Source of the DNA: a virus
Length of the DNA stretch: 64,000 nucleotides
Strand: one strand, 5' to 3'
Virus record (IMG/VR): IMGVR_UViG_3300037859_000002
Span: 32,001-96,000 of that record
The notes under the pieces were generated by a model. It did not search any database, was not told the origin of the DNA, and saw nothing but the letters and a program-made list of their open reading frames with translations. Below are positions 60,690 through 64,000 of the stretch, piece after piece (positions within the stretch are counted from its first letter, which is position 1; the number at the start of each line of letters is the position of its first letter). A program made the translations under genes and the position numbers.

Positions 60690-62000
60690 ATGACGCAGTA
60701 CACGTTCCCGACCATCAACGCGGCCGTCGATGACGGTACCGACCTGGCGGGCTTTCTCAACGGGCTCTGGTCGGCGCTGCGGACCATGAATTCGGGGACC
60801 GCGCGCCCGACCTATCTGACCGAGGGCGTGTTCCTCAAGAAGCCGAGCGGTAGTCTCAGCCAGCTCGTCTTCTGGGATGGCGCGGTCGAGACCGTCTGGA
60901 TGCAGGGCGACCCGGGCACGGGCACCTACACCGTGCAGCTGGGCTCCAACTCGGTCGGCAGCGCCCAGCTGCAGGCCGGGTGTGTCACGACCGCGAAGTA
61001 CGCGACCGGGAGCATCCCGAACGCTGCGGTGCCCAACAACGAGATCGACGGCGGCAAGCTCAAGGACGGGACCATCGTGGCCGCCAAGTATGGAGCCGCG
61101 AGCATCCCGACCGCGGCCTACCAGAACCTGTCGATCACGGCGGGCAAGCTCGCGGCCGGCGTCGCTGGAGAGGTCAACACCGCCAGCAATGTCGGTGTCG
61201 GCACCGGTAAGTTCGTGCGTGACAAGACCGGCACCAACATCAACGTCCGCAGCCTGCGTATCGTCACCAGTCTGACGCCGCCGCCGCCAGTCGCCGGGGG
61301 CCAGATGGTGATCAGCGGGCTGACCGTCGTGCCCAGCGTTTCAGGTGATGACGTGGTCCTGACTTTCGGCACCACATGGGCAGAGATTACGGTCGCGCCT
61401 CCGCCCGGCGGCGGTGGTGGCGGCGGCGGCGGCGGCACCTGCTTCCCACCCGGCACGCTGGTGCTGCGCGCCGATGGCGCATGGGTGCCGATCGAGACGA
61501 TCAGGCCAGGCGACTTCATGGTCGGCGCCCATGGCGAGATCAACGAGGTGCTCGCCATCGACGTTCCCAAGCTTGCGGGCCGCGCGCTCTGGCGCATCAA
61601 CGGTTACCATCTGACGACCGCCGAGCATCGGCACGTCACCGAGAGGGGGTGGGCGTCGATCAGCCCAGATGATTGCTGGGCCGAGCACATGAAATGGTAC
61701 CCGGTGATGATGGCCGGTGGTGAGATCGTCGATCGCCAGCTGGTGAAATTCACGCGGACCCCAATCGAGACCATGGTGGTCGGCGACCGCCTGCTTCGGC
61801 ATGACGGCACGCACGAGGCGATCTCGACGATGTGGGCCGAGCATGGGCACGCCTCCGACATGAACGTCCATACGCTGGTCATGGGGGGGAGCCACACCTT
61901 CGTCGCCAATGGCTTCGTCGTCTCGGGCTGGGCTCGGGATGACGACTATGACTACGAGACCTGGACGCCGATCGGCGGCGATATCAAGGGCAGTCCGTGA
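60690..62000 (+). CDS. tail fibre-like protein with C-terminal Hint domain
   Basis: VT.AK repeats, poly-Pro/poly-Gly linker, CFPPGTLV...IETIRPGD...TTAEH...HTFVANGFVVSG. Confidence 0.8.
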   Translation: MTQYTFPTINAAVDDGTDLAGFLNGLWSALRTMNSGTARPTYLTEGVFLKKPSGSLSQLVFWDGAVETVWMQGDPGTGTYTVQLGSNSVGSAQLQAGCVTTAKYATGSIPNAAVPNNEIDGGKLKDGTIVAAKYGAASIPTAAYQNLSITAGKLAAGVAGEVNTASNVGVGTGKFVRDKTGTNINVRSLRIVTSLTPPPPVAGGQMVISGLTVVPSVSGDDVVLTFGTTWAEITVAPPPGGGGGGGGGGTCFPPGTLVLRADGAWVPIETIRPGDFMVGAHGEINEVLAIDVPKLAGRALWRINGYHLTTAEHRHVTERGWASISPDDCWAEHMKWYPVMMAGGEIVDRQLVKFTRTPIETMVVGDRLLRHDGTHEAISTMWAEHGHASDMNVHTLVMGGSHTFVANGFVVSGWARDDDYDYETWTPIGGDIKGSP

Positions 62001-62108
62001 CGTCACGAGATCGTGGCTTCGGTTTTTGCGCCCCCGGCGCGGACGGGCGCTCCGCCCCTCGGCTATGAGGGCGGATCACATCGATATGGGTTCTGATCGG
62101 GGGGCGGG

Positions 62109-62552
62109 ATGGCGCTGCTGACGTTCAACCCGCAGGTCAATCCGAGCTACCCGGCTGAGCGATCGACCCAGGCGAAGGTCAACATCGTTCAGTTCGGTGA
62201 CGGCTACAACCAGCGCAGCACCGATGGCCTGAACTACCTCACCGACCGCTGGATGCTCACCTGGGAGACGATCACCGCGGCCCAGGCGCGCACTCTCGAT
62301 GCCTTTTTCCGGGCGCACGTGGCCACGGCCTTCCTGTGGACGCCCTTCGACGAAACCGTGGCTCGCAAATTCATCGTCGACGGCTCCTGGCGCTTTGGCT
62401 TCACCGGACCGACGACGCGCTCGCTGAGCGTCACCTTCATCGAGGTCTTCGACGCCACCGACCCGGTCCCGACCACCGATACTTTCCTGGTGAACGTCGC
62501 CAACGATCGGCTGCTGGTGAATAGCGGCGGCGACCGCCTGCTCTGGAGCTGA
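62109..62552 (+). CDS. minor tail protein M
   Basis: V...QFGDGY.QR..DGLN.....W.LTW...LDAFF.......FLWTP...SVTFIEVFD. Confidence 0.85.
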   Translation: MALLTFNPQVNPSYPAERSTQAKVNIVQFGDGYNQRSTDGLNYLTDRWMLTWETITAAQARTLDAFFRAHVATAFLWTPFDETVARKFIVDGSWRFGFTGPTTRSLSVTFIEVFDATDPVPTTDTFLVNVANDRLLVNSGGDRLLWS

Positions 62553-62555
62553 AAC

Positions 62556-63515
62556 ATGGCCGACAAGCGCGCCGACGAACTGAACCCCCTGGCGACGGTG
62601 GTGCCCACCACGCACGACATGCTGGTGCGCGTGGGCACCGAGACCCAGCGCGCGTCGATCGCCTCGTTCCTTGCATCGGCCGCCTTGGCCGGTACGGGTC
62701 TGATCAGGACGGTCGGCGGCACCGGCAACCTGACGTTCTCGATCGACACGCAGGATCCGGCTACGCTGGCGGCGCTCTCCACCATCTCGTTCTCGACCAC
62801 GATGCTCGGGGTCGACACGGGCGAGATGAAGCTCGTGGACGTGCAGTTGCTGGCGAACAAGGCGCGTGAGACCCAGACGGTCGACATCACGGCCGCTACC
62901 AACCTCACCAGCACCCACCACGGCCGCACCCTGCTGGTGAAGAGCAACCAGACACTGCAGGGGATGCTCGCCCTCGCCGACGGCTTCTCATGCCGGATCG
63001 TGCATGACGGCGGTGTCGGCACCGTCTCCGTCGAGGCGGGGGTAACGCTGGTGGCCCCGGCGGGCGCCGCGACCGCCGCCAGCCGCGGTTCGTCGATCAA
63101 CGTGATGAAGCTCACCATCGCCTCGGTGCCGACGCTGTTCGTGCTCGGCGTCCCCGGCACGGCCGTCGCGGGCATGAACATCGCGGTCGTGGGCACGACC
63201 ATCAGCTCGGTCGGCACCGCCGATGCGATCAACACCCAGTCGGGCACGACATACACCATCGTCGCCGGCGACAACGGCAAGACCCTGGTGTTCACCAATG
63301 CTGCCTCGGTCACGGTCACCCTACCAACGGGGCTCGGCGCGGGCTTCGTCTGCGCCGTCATCCAGGCCGGCACGGGTCAGGTCACGATCAGCCCCTCGAG
63401 CACGACGCTGAACAACCGCAGCGGCCACACCAAGACCGCGGGCCAGCACGCGGCCATGCGGCTGCACGCCACGGCCGCGAACGTGTTCAACCTCGCGGGC
63501 GACACGGGCGCCTGA
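62556..63515 (+). CDS. tail fibre / virion structural protein
   Basis: MADKRA.EL start; INTQSGTTYTIVAGDNGK...VTVTLP...QAGTGQVTI...GD module. Confidence 0.7.
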   Translation: MADKRADELNPLATVVPTTHDMLVRVGTETQRASIASFLASAALAGTGLIRTVGGTGNLTFSIDTQDPATLAALSTISFSTTMLGVDTGEMKLVDVQLLANKARETQTVDITAATNLTSTHHGRTLLVKSNQTLQGMLALADGFSCRIVHDGGVGTVSVEAGVTLVAPAGAATAASRGSSINVMKLTIASVPTLFVLGVPGTAVAGMNIAVVGTTISSVGTADAINTQSGTTYTIVAGDNGKTLVFTNAASVTVTLPTGLGAGFVCAVIQAGTGQVTISPSSTTLNNRSGHTKTAGQHAAMRLHATAANVFNLAGDTGA

Positions 63516-64000
63516 TGTCGGTCCTGCCGAGCCTGATGGCGATCTTCAAGCCCCTGGGGGGCGCGCCGCCGCCGCCGAGTGGGCTGGGCAAGCAGTTGCG
63601 CGGCACGGGCTTCCTGAAGGCGACGGTGACGCTGGGCGTGCCCGTGGGCATCACGCTGCCGAACGTCACGTCCGGCACGCTCCTGGCCTTCTACGACTTC
63701 ACGCACGCGAGCTTCGAGACCGGCCGGGCCGCAGACGCGCTGACCGTCTTGGATCGTGGCACCAACGGCTATCACATCACCCTCGATGATGCGGCCGCGT
63801 ATGTGCCGACGGAGGATCTGACCGCGATCGGCGGCGGGCGCCGCAGCCTGGTCTGGAACACCGCGACGGGGAACCTGCCGCTGCGCAACATCGTGTTCTC
63901 CAACACGATCGCGACCAACGCCACGGGCTTCACCGAGGTGACGGCCGTGCGCTGGGAGAACGTTGGCAACAACATCAACCCGGGCAGTCTGGGACGCGCC
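63515..64000 (+). CDS. virion protein, truncated at the window end
   Basis: TGATG-coupled open frame MSVLPSLMAIF... running off the end. Confidence 0.6.
   Translation, partial: MSVLPSLMAIFKPLGGAPPPPSGLGKQLRGTGFLKATVTLGVPVGITLPNVTSGTLLAFYDFTHASFETGRAADALTVLDRGTNGYHITLDDAAAYVPTEDLTAIGGGRRSLVWNTATGNLPLRNIVFSNTIATNATGFTEVTAVRWENVGNNINPGSLGRA

Noticed and set aside
1-64000. Integrase or att site
   Set aside because: None recognised in this window; a temperate lifestyle is inferred only from the CI/Cro pair

Overview
A ~70% GC segment of a probably temperate, lambda-like siphophage or prophage. The host is probably an alphaproteobacterium (GcrA-like, DUF6456-like and GTA-spike-base-like genes). 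Layout: leftward early/accessory cluster 1 (1-5.9 kb); replication initiator with internal ori and primase-helicase (5.9-8.9 kb); a TIGR-Tas locus, i.e. a Nop-domain-only TasA-like gene among three 36-bp tandem arrays with 24 units (9.4-11.7 kb); VRR-NUC, Cro/CI switch and a late regulator (11.6-13.9 kb); leftward accessory cluster 2 (14-20.9 kb); TerS, an ncRNA/tRNA cluster with a YrlA-like Y RNA, an acyl carrier protein and TerL (21-25.6 kb); then portal, endolysin, head polyproteins, capsid and a lambda-type tail (28-64 kb). The main signal is that nearly every intergenic gap in the two leftward clusters folds into a hammerhead-ribozyme three-way junction on the mRNA strand. I found 23 by eye, of types I, II and III. 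Many start at the upstream stop codon and use the ribozyme core or stem as the next gene's Shine-Dalgarno. About half carry core or cleavage-site variants, including compensatory G3-C8, U3-A8, G15.1-C16.1 and C15.1-G16.1 pairs. A 14-bp palindrome CACAT-N4-ATGTG recurs at promoters across the window. All calls come from manual reading of sequence and motifs; no database search or folding program was run.
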